Source of the DNA: Candidatus Kaelpia imicola
GTDB taxonomy: Bacteria; Omnitrophota; Gorgyraeia; Kaelpiales; Kaelpiaceae
NCBI GenBank assembly: GCA_030765505.1
Contig: JAVCCL010000026.1
Location: 34,679 to 98,678 of the forward strand
Length of the DNA stretch: 64,000 nt
Direction: 5' to 3'
Shown here: positions 9,994-19,445 of the stretch, piece by piece
Layout: every line of letters begins with the position of its first letter
Position numbering within the stretch: the first letter of the stretch is position 1
The notes under the pieces: generated by a model
What the model was told of the DNA's origin: nothing
Databases searched by the model: none
What the model saw: the letters and a program-made list of their open reading frames with translations, nothing else
Position numbers and translations under genes: made by a program

Positions 9994-12900
9994 ATGGAGA
10001 CAGCTATTTTTCCTAATTATCTCATGGTTCAAACAGTTGCAGGCTGTAATGCTAGCTGTTATTTCTGCCCCTACCCCTATCTTAAAGGCAGGATAAAATC
10101 TCAAAAGATGGACTTTAAAATCTTCAGAAAAATAATCGATGAGTGTAAAGACTATAAGGATTTGAAAGTGGTGATGCCTTACCTAATGAACGAGCCCCTG
10201 CTTGATAGAGAGATAGATAAGAAGATAGTCTATATCAAAAAGAGGTTGCCCTGGAGCTCAGCTCATATCTTAACCAACGGCAGCCTTCTGGATGAAGATA
10301 TGAGTCTTAAGCTTATTGGGAGCGGTATAGATTGGGTTGGGTTTAGCCTGCACGGAATAACCGAAAATACTATCAAGAAGACTATGGGCTTGGATTTAGA
10401 GAGAGTCTTGGATAATATATCGAACTTTATAAAAATTGCCCAGAGAGATAGAAAAGATATAGCCGATTTTATAATGCTCACTCTCATAAAAAATGAGAGA
10501 TTATCAGAAAAGGAGCTTGAAGATGCAGTCAGTTTTTGGAAGAGAAAAGGCATTAAAAGAATAAGCAGATACTCTCACCCTATATCTAGAGCTGGCAATG
10601 TACCTCTGCTGAATAAAGTAAGAAATGAGAGACTGTATGGTTGTAACTCTATCTGGGCCGATAAGATGATCCATATTCTTTCAAATGGAGATGTAGTCCT
10701 CTGCTGCATGGATTGGAAGAGAGAGGCTCTGCTGGGTAATATTGAAAAAGATTCTCTCTATGATATCTGGCACTCAAAAAAATATAATAATTTAAGAAGT
10801 CAGATAGACGGGGAGACGGCGGCAGAGAAAGAACTGATATGCCTTAGGTGTGAATGCGCCCAGTCAGAACCCAGGAGAGAGAATAAGAAGATAACCTTGA
10901 TCATTCCTCCACCCTGGGGTGTTGAGAGGCCCCCTGTTGGTTTAGCTGTAATAGCCGAGGTATTAAGAGCATCTGGTTATAGGGTAAGAGTCATGGACTT
11001 AAATCTTAAGATTCATAACTCTGTAGATGAGGATGATAGAAAGTATTGGGGGATGGACTGCTCCCTTTACTTTAGAGATAAAAGATTCATCGACTCTCTA
11101 ATGGAGAAGTATGCTGATCTCTTCTCTGAAATAGAGGATGATTTTAAGAGCGACGATTCAGGTATAGCTGCATTCTCGGTACCTACAAATTCAATGTATC
11201 TAATGCTGAAGTGGATGATTGAGAAGATAAAATATAACCAATCTCGGAAGAAAATTATACTAGGGGGGATTTCGGTTACAGTAAAAGAGCAGAGAGACGA
11301 GCTTTTTGAGATTCTAGGCAATCTTAACTTGATAGATGCGGTAGTTCTTGGAGAAGGCGAAGATACCATTTTAAAGCTTGTTCATAAGTTATCCGGCAAC
11401 AGGTCTATAGTCGATGTCAAAAACACCGTTATAGTTCAAGACGGCAATTTTATAGAGACAGAACCCGGAAAGATAGAGAGCTTAGACAGAATCCCTTTTC
11501 CTAAATATGAAGGGTTTTTGCTTAAAGAGTATACAAAGAGTAACAGCATCTCTTTAGAGCTCTCCCGGGGCTGCATAGGCAGATGTAGTTTCTGCAGCTT
11601 TAAGATCTTAAGCTCTTCTTACAAAAGAAAATCTCCTAAAAGAGTAATAGCTGAGCTTAAGTATTATAAAAAAGAGTTAAAAAAAGAGTATTTCTCTATC
11701 GTGGACTCATCGATAAATGCTGATTTAAAATGGCTGGAAAGATTATCTGAACTGATAATAAAAGAGGATCTTAAGATAAAGCTTACAGCCCTTGCAATAC
11801 CGCGGGGAGATATGAACATGGGGCTGCTTAAAAAGATGAAGAGGGCAGGTTTCTATAGATTAGAGTATGGAGTAGAGAGCGGCTCCAGCAGAATACTTAA
11901 GCTTATGGGTAAGACGTTCTTGGCAGAAGACGCAAAAAGGGCTCTCTCTTTGACGAAGAGAGCAAATATAAAAAACGTACTCTACTTTATTGTCGGGTTT
12001 CCAACCGAGAGCAATGATGATTTTCAGAAGACACTTGATTTTATAGAATCGAATAAGACGAACATAGATTATGTTAAATCTGTAAATCCTCTCTTCCTGA
12101 TGGCCGGCTCAGAGATATTTGCAAACCCTGAAAAGTTTAATATCAGACTGCCTAACGAAAGTCCTGATATCAAATGGTTCATAGAAGGGGAGAATGATTT
12201 TGATCTTAGAATGGAGCGGGTTAAAAGAGTACATAGGCTTTTAAGAGAGTTAAACATCTCTTATACCACTGAAGCAACGGCTTTACCGGATGAAGAGAGT
12301 AAGGTCAAGAAGAAGGATATAGCTCTTGTTACAACAGCTCCCTGGGGCATCAATAATCCGCCTCTGGCGCTTGGATATCTGGCAGACTATCTTAGAAAAC
12401 ATAACTATGACCCCGCTGTATTTGATTTTAATATTGAATTTTACAACTCTATAGATAAAGAGTTGCAGCATCTCTGGCATGTTGAGAACAAGAACTTCTG
12501 GAGAGACAAAGAATGGTTTGATATTATCCTGAAGATCTTTGACAAAGATATAGATTTGGCCGTAAACAGAATAATAGAGAGCGGTGCTGAAGTCATAGGG
12601 TTCTCTGTGGTAGATCCTAAAGAACGGCTGACAATAGAATTTATAAAGAGAATAAAGGCAAAGGATAGCTCAAAAAAGATCATCTTGGGCGGCCCTGCTA
12701 CATTGACGGCACATTCAAGAAATATTTTTATAGATAACATCGCAGAGCATATAGATTTTTTTGTCGTTGGGGAAGGAGAGGAGACGCTCCTTGAGATAAT
12801 GAAAGACGGGAATTGCAAGGATATTTCTGGAGCAATAAGGATGGTTAATGATAAACCAACTGCATTAAAAGAGAGAGCGGTAATAAAAGATTTAAATAGT

Positions 12901-13929
12901 ATACCATACCCCGGCTATAGAGATTTTGATCTGAGTCTCTATCCGGGTGAGTCTCTTATTCTGGAGTGGTCCCGGGGCTGTATAGGAAGTTGTGCTTTCT
13001 GTATTAATCATGAGCTTATAAAAGGCTACCGTTCACGTTCTGCAGAGCATATCTTTGAAGAGTTAAGATATCACACGGATGTTAACGGTATAAGTAACTT
13101 TACTATCTGCGATCCGCTCTTAAATGGAAGCCCTCAAATTTTAGAGCGGCTTTGCGATAAGATCATAGAGAGTGGACTTAAAATAGAGTGGACAGGTGAG
13201 GTTATGCCTAGAAAGGATATGGAAATATCTACTCTTAAAAGGATGAGAGAGGCGGGGTGTGTTAAGCTTCAGGTTGGACTGGAGAGCGGTTCTGATAAAG
13301 TCTTAAAGAGGATGCGTAAGTTATACAACGTTAAGACAGCTGAAGATTTCTTGAGAAAAGCATCTCTTGCAGGTATGGAGACAGAACTTTTTGTCATGAT
13401 AGGTTTTCCATCTGAAGATGAGATTGAATTTCAGAAAACAGCAGATTTCTTTAGACGTAACAAAGAGTATATTAACACTATCAAATCGATAAATACTCTT
13501 CACCTTATAGCAGGTACGGATCTATATAAAAATTACTCTAAATTTAAAATAAAGCCTTTACCCGACGACAACTGGCACTATCTCTGGGAGACCGAAGACG
13601 GCAACAGTTATCCTTTAAGGAGAGAGAGGGGTGAGTCTCTTCTAAGGTTGGCAGAAGAGCTGGGTTTTAAAGTTATGGAGACAAACCTAGAGGAGGGTAA
13701 GCAGCAGAGAGAGAATAATGTCGATATCTCTAGGCTAGAGGTTCTTGTAAACAGAATTCAGTCTCTTCCTCGGGAGAGAAGAGATTTATCAGGTGAGGTT
13801 TTAATTCCAAGAAAGCGAATCTTAAAACTGCCTTACCTGGTTTTGATAGTTGTTCTAACTTTGGCAGCAGAGGTATATCTTTGGTTCTTGAGAAAAGCAA
13901 GGAGAATGATAATCTTTCCCGGAAGTTAA
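9994..13929 (+). CDS. giant tri-domain radical SAM protein: SPASM-type rSAM plus two B12-binding rSAM modules, C-terminal TM anchor
   Basis: 1311 aa. CxxxCxxC motifs at nt 10045-10068 (AGCNASCYFC), 11572-11595 (RGCIGRCSFC) and 12979-13002 (RGCIGSCAFC). There is a Cys-rich CCMDW...CLRCEC tail after module 1. B12-binding-like segments IIPPPWGVERPPVGLAVIAE and TTAPWGINNPPLALGYLADY precede modules 2 and 3. A hydrophobic helix LPYLVLIVVLTLAAEVYLWFL sits near the C-terminus. The start codon abuts the stop of the upstream mega-ORF. Confidence 0.85.
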   Translation: METAIFPNYLMVQTVAGCNASCYFCPYPYLKGRIKSQKMDFKIFRKIIDECKDYKDLKVVMPYLMNEPLLDREIDKKIVYIKKRLPWSSAHILTNGSLLDEDMSLKLIGSGIDWVGFSLHGITENTIKKTMGLDLERVLDNISNFIKIAQRDRKDIADFIMLTLIKNERLSEKELEDAVSFWKRKGIKRISRYSHPISRAGNVPLLNKVRNERLYGCNSIWADKMIHILSNGDVVLCCMDWKREALLGNIEKDSLYDIWHSKKYNNLRSQIDGETAAEKELICLRCECAQSEPRRENKKITLIIPPPWGVERPPVGLAVIAEVLRASGYRVRVMDLNLKIHNSVDEDDRKYWGMDCSLYFRDKRFIDSLMEKYADLFSEIEDDFKSDDSGIAAFSVPTNSMYLMLKWMIEKIKYNQSRKKIILGGISVTVKEQRDELFEILGNLNLIDAVVLGEGEDTILKLVHKLSGNRSIVDVKNTVIVQDGNFIETEPGKIESLDRIPFPKYEGFLLKEYTKSNSISLELSRGCIGRCSFCSFKILSSSYKRKSPKRVIAELKYYKKELKKEYFSIVDSSINADLKWLERLSELIIKEDLKIKLTALAIPRGDMNMGLLKKMKRAGFYRLEYGVESGSSRILKLMGKTFLAEDAKRALSLTKRANIKNVLYFIVGFPTESNDDFQKTLDFIESNKTNIDYVKSVNPLFLMAGSEIFANPEKFNIRLPNESPDIKWFIEGENDFDLRMERVKRVHRLLRELNISYTTEATALPDEESKVKKKDIALVTTAPWGINNPPLALGYLADYLRKHNYDPAVFDFNIEFYNSIDKELQHLWHVENKNFWRDKEWFDIILKIFDKDIDLAVNRIIESGAEVIGFSVVDPKERLTIEFIKRIKAKDSSKKIILGGPATLTAHSRNIFIDNIAEHIDFFVVGEGEETLLEIMKDGNCKDISGAIRMVNDKPTALKERAVIKDLNSIPYPGYRDFDLSLYPGESLILEWSRGCIGSCAFCINHELIKGYRSRSAEHIFEELRYHTDVNGISNFTICDPLLNGSPQILERLCDKIIESGLKIEWTGEVMPRKDMEISTLKRMREAGCVKLQVGLESGSDKVLKRMRKLYNVKTAEDFLRKASLAGMETELFVMIGFPSEDEIEFQKTADFFRRNKEYINTIKSINTLHLIAGTDLYKNYSKFKIKPLPDDNWHYLWETEDGNSYPLRRERGESLLRLAEELGFKVMETNLEEGKQQRENNVDISRLEVLVNRIQSLPRERRDLSGEVLIPRKRILKLPYLVLIVVLTLAAEVYLWFLRKARRMIIFPGS

Positions 13930-13932
13930 TAT

Positions 13933-15114
13933 ATGAAGATATTGATGCTGCATCCACATGACATCTTTCATTTAAGTGAGCCTTGGACGATAAGGATAAA
14001 ATCTATAGCTAAAGAGTTCAAGAGAGAAGGTCATGAAGTAAGAATAGCCTATTTCCCGCTTAACCATAAAAGTCTCAGGAATTCGCTCTTTAACTATAGC
14101 GGTATTGATATAATAACCTTGGACAGAAGAAGAGGTCTGGGGGTATTCTTTAAAAATATCAAAAGACTTATAAAAGAGGTTGAATGGGCAGATATCGTCC
14201 ATTTTCAAAAATGTTTTCACTACTGCTCTATTCCCGCTGTAATAGCAGCTTGGATAAAAAATAAACCTTTACATTATGATTGGGATGACTGGGAGACAAA
14301 AATATATTTTTACGGAAAACCGGCCTCTCCAGTTATAGGACTGTATATCTGGATGCTTGAAAGAGCGTTGCCGAAGTTTGTAGACTCTATCTCCCTCTCC
14401 AGCAGAAGGCTTGCCCAGCTCGCAACGGATAACTACGGTATATCCAAAAAGAGGATTACAGCTGCTCCTGTAGGTGCGGATTCAGATGAGTTCAAACCTG
14501 AGAATAGAGGAGAAGAGATAAGGAGAGAGTATCGCATCAATGGACCCATAGTCTTATACCTTGGTCAATTACACGGCGCCCAATATGCTGAACTGCTGAT
14601 TCATGCTGCAAAGATTGTTATCCAGTGGCATCCGACAACAATGTTCTTTATTGTCGGAGGGGGCTATAGGTTGGAAGAGCTCAAAAAGACGGCAAGAGAG
14701 TTCGGGCTCTCAGATAGGATCATATTTACCGGCTCTCTTCCTCATAGTCAGATGAGGAGATATACAGCAGCAGCCGATGTCTGTGTAGGCTGCTTCGCCA
14801 GAAATGATATTACAATGTGTAAGAGTCCTTTAAAACTTGCCGAATATCTCGCATCAGGCAAGGCTATAGTTGCAAGCAATGTGGGTGAGGTTAGAAATAT
14901 GGTCGGAGGAGTCGGTGTATTAGTAGAACCCGGCAATCATATTATCTTAGCAGGCGGAATAAGCGAACTTCTCTCTAGGCCGGATCTAAGAGCAAAGATG
15001 GGTGTCCTGGCAAGAAGAAGAGCGCTTGAAAGATATAACTGGAGCTGGAGCGCAGAGAACATTATGAGCATATACAGAAGAGTTCTTAAGGGTTATGAGC
15101 TTAAAAGATTATGA
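13933..15114 (+). CDS. glycosyltransferase family 1 (GT4-like)
   Basis: 393 aa with a GT-B architecture pattern. The C-terminal region (GSLPHS...EPGNHIILAGGISELL...) is typical of group 1 glycosyltransferases. Confidence 0.8.
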   Translation: MKILMLHPHDIFHLSEPWTIRIKSIAKEFKREGHEVRIAYFPLNHKSLRNSLFNYSGIDIITLDRRRGLGVFFKNIKRLIKEVEWADIVHFQKCFHYCSIPAVIAAWIKNKPLHYDWDDWETKIYFYGKPASPVIGLYIWMLERALPKFVDSISLSSRRLAQLATDNYGISKKRITAAPVGADSDEFKPENRGEEIRREYRINGPIVLYLGQLHGAQYAELLIHAAKIVIQWHPTTMFFIVGGGYRLEELKKTAREFGLSDRIIFTGSLPHSQMRRYTAAADVCVGCFARNDITMCKSPLKLAEYLASGKAIVASNVGEVRNMVGGVGVLVEPGNHIILAGGISELLSRPDLRAKMGVLARRRALERYNWSWSAENIMSIYRRVLKGYELKRL

Positions 15115-16192
15115 GCTGGTATTTATAACAAGAGAACCCCCTGAGCTTTCCGGAGCAAAGTACAGAGCTTATAATTTCACAAAGATATTAAAAGAGAGCG
15201 GGTATAGAGCCGAGGTTATATCCTACTCTGCAGACCTTGGAGCTTATTCGGGTATCTTAGAGCAGTATCTCTCAATAGCTGATAAGATAGGCTATAATTT
15301 AAAAGCCTATCTTAAGTTCAGGCAATACAAGAATCCTGTTTTTATAATTCAGCGCTTTAATTATCACTCTCTGGCTCCGCTATTGTTCTGTCTTAAAAAC
15401 AGGATAAAATTCGTATATGATATAGATGATTGGGAGTTTAGGGAGAATATCGATTATTTTAAAGGTCTATTTCCAAGATCAAAAGCAGAGTTTCTGTTCA
15501 GAAAGACAGCAAAGAGAGCGGCTCTCTGTATAAGCGGAAGCCATTATCTGCAAAACTATATAATTACCATTACACCAAAAAGCTATTACCTTGCTCCGGG
15601 AATAGATACTGAATTATTTAAACCTGAAATGGAGAAGGCTGCTTTAGCCAAAACTTTAGCCTGGGTGGGAACAATGTTCAGAGAGGAGGATTACATCAAT
15701 TTAAAGTATCTCTTCAAGATAATGAAAAATTTACCTCATCTTACACTTGAGGTAGTAGGAGACGGTCATTATAAGAATAAGATTGCAGCAGAGTCCAAGA
15801 GACTAGAGCTTAAAAATATCGTCTTTAGAGGCTGGATGGAGAGTTCCAGAATCCCTGAGTATCTCGAAAATATAAGCTTGGGATTATTTCCTCTTAAGGT
15901 GAAGAACAGATTTACAGAGGCTAAGTTTCCGGTAAAAGTACTGGAGTTTATGAGTAAAGGTATACCTACTGTTGCAACATCATTTGGTGAGGTTAAAAAT
16001 ATAATCAAAGATGGAGAGAACGGCTTACTTGCTGAAGATGAGAATGATTTTAAAGATAAGATAGAGATGGTATTAGAAGATAGCAGGTTATATTCCCGGA
16101 TCTCAAAATCGGCTAGGGAGAGTGTGATAGCAAACTATTCTGACCGCAGGCAGACTCAGAAGCTGATATCAATATTGGATAGAGAGCTATGA
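15095..16192 (+). CDS. glycosyltransferase family 1 (GT4-like)
   Basis: 365 aa. Carries a C-terminal EX7E-type motif region (FGEVKNIIKDGENGLLAEDEND) typical of retaining GT-B enzymes. Confidence 0.75.
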   Translation: MSLKDYELVFITREPPELSGAKYRAYNFTKILKESGYRAEVISYSADLGAYSGILEQYLSIADKIGYNLKAYLKFRQYKNPVFIIQRFNYHSLAPLLFCLKNRIKFVYDIDDWEFRENIDYFKGLFPRSKAEFLFRKTAKRAALCISGSHYLQNYIITITPKSYYLAPGIDTELFKPEMEKAALAKTLAWVGTMFREEDYINLKYLFKIMKNLPHLTLEVVGDGHYKNKIAAESKRLELKNIVFRGWMESSRIPEYLENISLGLFPLKVKNRFTEAKFPVKVLEFMSKGIPTVATSFGEVKNIIKDGENGLLAEDENDFKDKIEMVLEDSRLYSRISKSARESVIANYSDRRQTQKLISILDREL

Positions 16193-17661
16193 ATAAAAAG
16201 GTAGTTCTTATGAACTCTGTAGGTAAGGATGATATCGGACGCTTTATCATACACTCTCCTTCCAGGTGGTCTGAGGGTGTGGAGAGACTATCATCCTGGT
16301 TCTGTTATTATCCATGGGAGCTTGCTTATGCAACTGCCTTACTTAAGAAGAAGACCTCCTATAAAATCAAGCTCATAGATCCCTGCCTCGGGAGGTGGGA
16401 TAAAGAAGAGACTCTGAGCAATATCTTAGAAGAAGAGCCGGACTGGTTGATAGTAGAGAGTGCTACGCGGACAATATCTGAGAATCTCTGGGTCGGAAAG
16501 AACATAAAGAGAATAACTCAGACTAAGATAGTATTCGTTGGCCAACATGCTACTGCTTTTCCTCAAGACCTTATCTCCAGAGGTGTAGATTATGCGGCTA
16601 TCGGAGAGTATGAAGAGACATTACTTGAGTTGTTGGTAACCGAAGATAGTTCTATAGCCGGACTCTATCCAAATCAACGCAGGCCGTTAGTAGATATAAC
16701 AAAATTACCCTGGCCGGAAGATAGAGATCTAAAGAGAATCGAATATGGCAGCCCTGGCGAACCAAGTTCAGAATATCTTGAGATTCAGGCCTATGCCAGC
16801 CGCGGCTGCTACAGAGACTGTCCTTTCTGTGTCGCAAGAAACGTATATTACAACCAATCTAAGCAGAGATTTCGTAAGGTAGCTGATATTATATCTGAAA
16901 TAGAGTATCTAAAAAACAGCTATCCCCGGCTTGAGGGTATTTTTTTTGATGAAGAGTCTCATAACTCAAGCAAAGATTTTATCAGGGAATTAACATCAGC
17001 AATTATAAGTTCAGGATTGAATAGTTTAAAATACGAAGCTATGTGCGACCTGAGATTCCTGGATAGAGAGAGCATGGATTGTATGAAAAGAGCAGGATAT
17101 TACAAGGTTCGTTTCGGAATAGAGACGGCTTCTGAAGAGTTGGCCTTATCAATAGCCAAGCCTATCTCAGTTGATAAAACTCTCTCCACTTTAAGTTATG
17201 CTAAAGAGATAGGGCTAAAGACCTATACTACTTTTATGTTTGGTTTACCTGGTTCAAACGTTAAAAGGGATGGTCAGACAATAGATTTCATCTCCCGTAT
17301 CATAAAACAGGATTTAGTAGATAACATACAGATATCTCTGGCTACACCTCAACCGGGTACCCCTTTCTATAATTGGGCAAAAGAGAGAGACTTTATTACA
17401 GATAACGATCCTCACTCTTTTGACGGAGGAGGACCAGCTATTTTAAACTATCCCGATTATGGAAAAGAAGAGATAGAAGAATTATTGAAAATGGCTGTTA
17501 TAAAAAGAGACCACCTCTTCTTTATGAATAATCTCAGAAAGCATCCCTTTGGTTTTATAGTTAAACGTTACAAGCGTTACGGTTTGAAGTTGTTGATAGA
17601 GAAACTGTTAAGGCGTATTAAAACAGAGCTGCTTTACTTAAAGCTCTCCAAGAGAAGGTAA
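16189..17661 (+). CDS. B12-binding domain radical SAM protein
   Basis: 490 aa. The N-terminus is paralogous to the start of the 4240 gene (SRWS...YPWELAYATALLKKK...KLID). CxxxCxxC lies at nt 16806-16830 (RGCYRDCPFC). Confidence 0.85.
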   Translation: MNKKVVLMNSVGKDDIGRFIIHSPSRWSEGVERLSSWFCYYPWELAYATALLKKKTSYKIKLIDPCLGRWDKEETLSNILEEEPDWLIVESATRTISENLWVGKNIKRITQTKIVFVGQHATAFPQDLISRGVDYAAIGEYEETLLELLVTEDSSIAGLYPNQRRPLVDITKLPWPEDRDLKRIEYGSPGEPSSEYLEIQAYASRGCYRDCPFCVARNVYYNQSKQRFRKVADIISEIEYLKNSYPRLEGIFFDEESHNSSKDFIRELTSAIISSGLNSLKYEAMCDLRFLDRESMDCMKRAGYYKVRFGIETASEELALSIAKPISVDKTLSTLSYAKEIGLKTYTTFMFGLPGSNVKRDGQTIDFISRIIKQDLVDNIQISLATPQPGTPFYNWAKERDFITDNDPHSFDGGGPAILNYPDYGKEEIEELLKMAVIKRDHLFFMNNLRKHPFGFIVKRYKRYGLKLLIEKLLRRIKTELLYLKLSKRR

Positions 17662-17664
17662 TCT

Positions 17665-18600
17665 ATGGAAGAGACTATCTCAGTTGTAGTGGTAAATTAT
17701 AACAGGAGAGAGTATCTTTACAACTGTCTTAAATCAGTCTCAAACCAAAGCTATTGCAATATTGAGCTTATAGTTGTAGATAATGGCTCATCTGATGGTT
17801 CTATTGAGATGGTCGAAGGAGAATTTCCGGAAGTAAAGATAGTTAAAAATAGAGAGAATATATTTTTGGCAACCCCTTATAATCAGGGCATAAGATATTC
17901 TATAGCTTCTCTTATACTCTGTATGAATAATGACGTTATCTTGGAGAGGGATTATATCAAAGAGTCGGTTCCGGTTTTTAAAAAAGATAGACGTATAGGT
18001 TCTGTAGCCGGCAAGCTTATAAACCCAATCACAAAGCTTATAGACTCAACGGGTCAGATATTAACACGCGCCAGGCGCGGCTGTGAGAGAGGTTACAGAG
18101 AAGAAGATTCCGGTAACTATAGTGAAGGATATATCTGGGGAGTAGGAGGAGCGATTGCTTTTTACAGAAGAGAGATGTTAGAGGATATAGAGATAGAGAA
18201 TGAATATTTTGATCAAACCTACAAAGCCTATCTGGAAGATCTGGACCTAAATTGGCGAGGGAAGAAAAGAGGTTGGAAATCATATTTTAAACCCAGCGCT
18301 GTTGCTTTTCATTATCGGGGAGTAACGGGTTGGAGAGAGAGATCTCGTTTTGGGTTCTTAAACCTTAATAATGATCTAAAAGTACAGTATCTAAAGAATA
18401 GATACGCAACATTGATAAAGAATGAGACTCTGGGCGATTATATTAAGAACCTGCCTTACATCCTGCTCTACGATAGCTGCCTTCTGATTCTCTTGATTTC
18501 AATTAACCCCTTATGTATACTGTACCTCGTAAAAGATATCTCCTGGCTTAAGAGTGCTCTCAGGAGAAGGAGAACCATAAAAGAGAGATGGCTAAATTAA
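17665..18600 (+). CDS. glycosyltransferase family 2
   Basis: 311 aa. N-terminal VVVVNYNRREYL...IELIVVDNGSSDGS is the classic GT-A/GT2 signature. Confidence 0.8.
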   Translation: MEETISVVVVNYNRREYLYNCLKSVSNQSYCNIELIVVDNGSSDGSIEMVEGEFPEVKIVKNRENIFLATPYNQGIRYSIASLILCMNNDVILERDYIKESVPVFKKDRRIGSVAGKLINPITKLIDSTGQILTRARRGCERGYREEDSGNYSEGYIWGVGGAIAFYRREMLEDIEIENEYFDQTYKAYLEDLDLNWRGKKRGWKSYFKPSAVAFHYRGVTGWRERSRFGFLNLNNDLKVQYLKNRYATLIKNETLGDYIKNLPYILLYDSCLLILLISINPLCILYLVKDISWLKSALRRRRTIKERWLN

Positions 18601-19445
18601 CTATACCCCTGATAAAAGATAAGAAAGAGCAAAGAGAGAAGATCACAATGCTTACAGCCTATGATTATCCAACCGCAAGGTTGACAGAGAGAGCGGAGAT
18701 TGACATGGTTTTAGTAGGAGACTCTCTCGGTAATGTGATATTGGGGTATGATTCAACCCTTCCTGTAACTATGGATGAGATGCTGCATCATACAAAAGCA
18801 GTTCGAAGAGGAGCAAAGAATACTTTCCTGATAGCAGATATGCCTTTTATGTCTTATCAGGTCTCAAATGAAGAAGCGCTGCGTAACGGAGGAAGGTTTA
18901 TTAAAGAATCAGGAGCTGATGCTGTAAAGCTGGAAGGTGCAGAGATAGCGAAAGATAGGATAGAGACACTTATTAAAGCCGGCATACCTGTCCTGGGCCA
19001 CCTGGGTTTGACTCCTCAAACAGCCGCTATTTTAGGAGCTTATAAGGTTCAAGGCAGAGAGCTCTCTTCGGCAAAGAAGATATATAAAGAGAGTCTGCTT
19101 TTGGATAAACTGGGCTGCTTTGCTATTGTCTTAGAATGTGTTCCTCAACAGCTGGCAAAGATAATAACAGGGGCTCTATCAATCCCTACCATAGGTATCG
19201 GTGCAGGTAAAGATTGCGATGGTCAGGTTCTGGTAACGTATGATATGCTGGGAATAGGAGAAGGAGAGAAGAGAAAATTCGTAAGAGAGTATCTTAATTT
19301 AGAAGATGAGATATTAGAGGCGCTAAAGAGTTTTAAATCGGATGTCTTAAAGAGTTCTTTTCCATCTCAAGAGAACTCATTCAATATAGACAAAAATATT
19401 CTGGAAAAACTCAAAAAAGATATAGAGGTAGAGAAGGGTGATTAA
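18588..19445 (+). CDS. panB: 3-methyl-2-oxobutanoate hydroxymethyltransferase
   Basis: 285 aa. LTAYDYPTA...VGDSLGNV...MDEM motifs are characteristic of ketopantoate hydroxymethyltransferase. Confidence 0.9.
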   Translation: MAKLTIPLIKDKKEQREKITMLTAYDYPTARLTERAEIDMVLVGDSLGNVILGYDSTLPVTMDEMLHHTKAVRRGAKNTFLIADMPFMSYQVSNEEALRNGGRFIKESGADAVKLEGAEIAKDRIETLIKAGIPVLGHLGLTPQTAAILGAYKVQGRELSSAKKIYKESLLLDKLGCFAIVLECVPQQLAKIITGALSIPTIGIGAGKDCDGQVLVTYDMLGIGEGEKRKFVREYLNLEDEILEALKSFKSDVLKSSFPSQENSFNIDKNILEKLKKDIEVEKGD

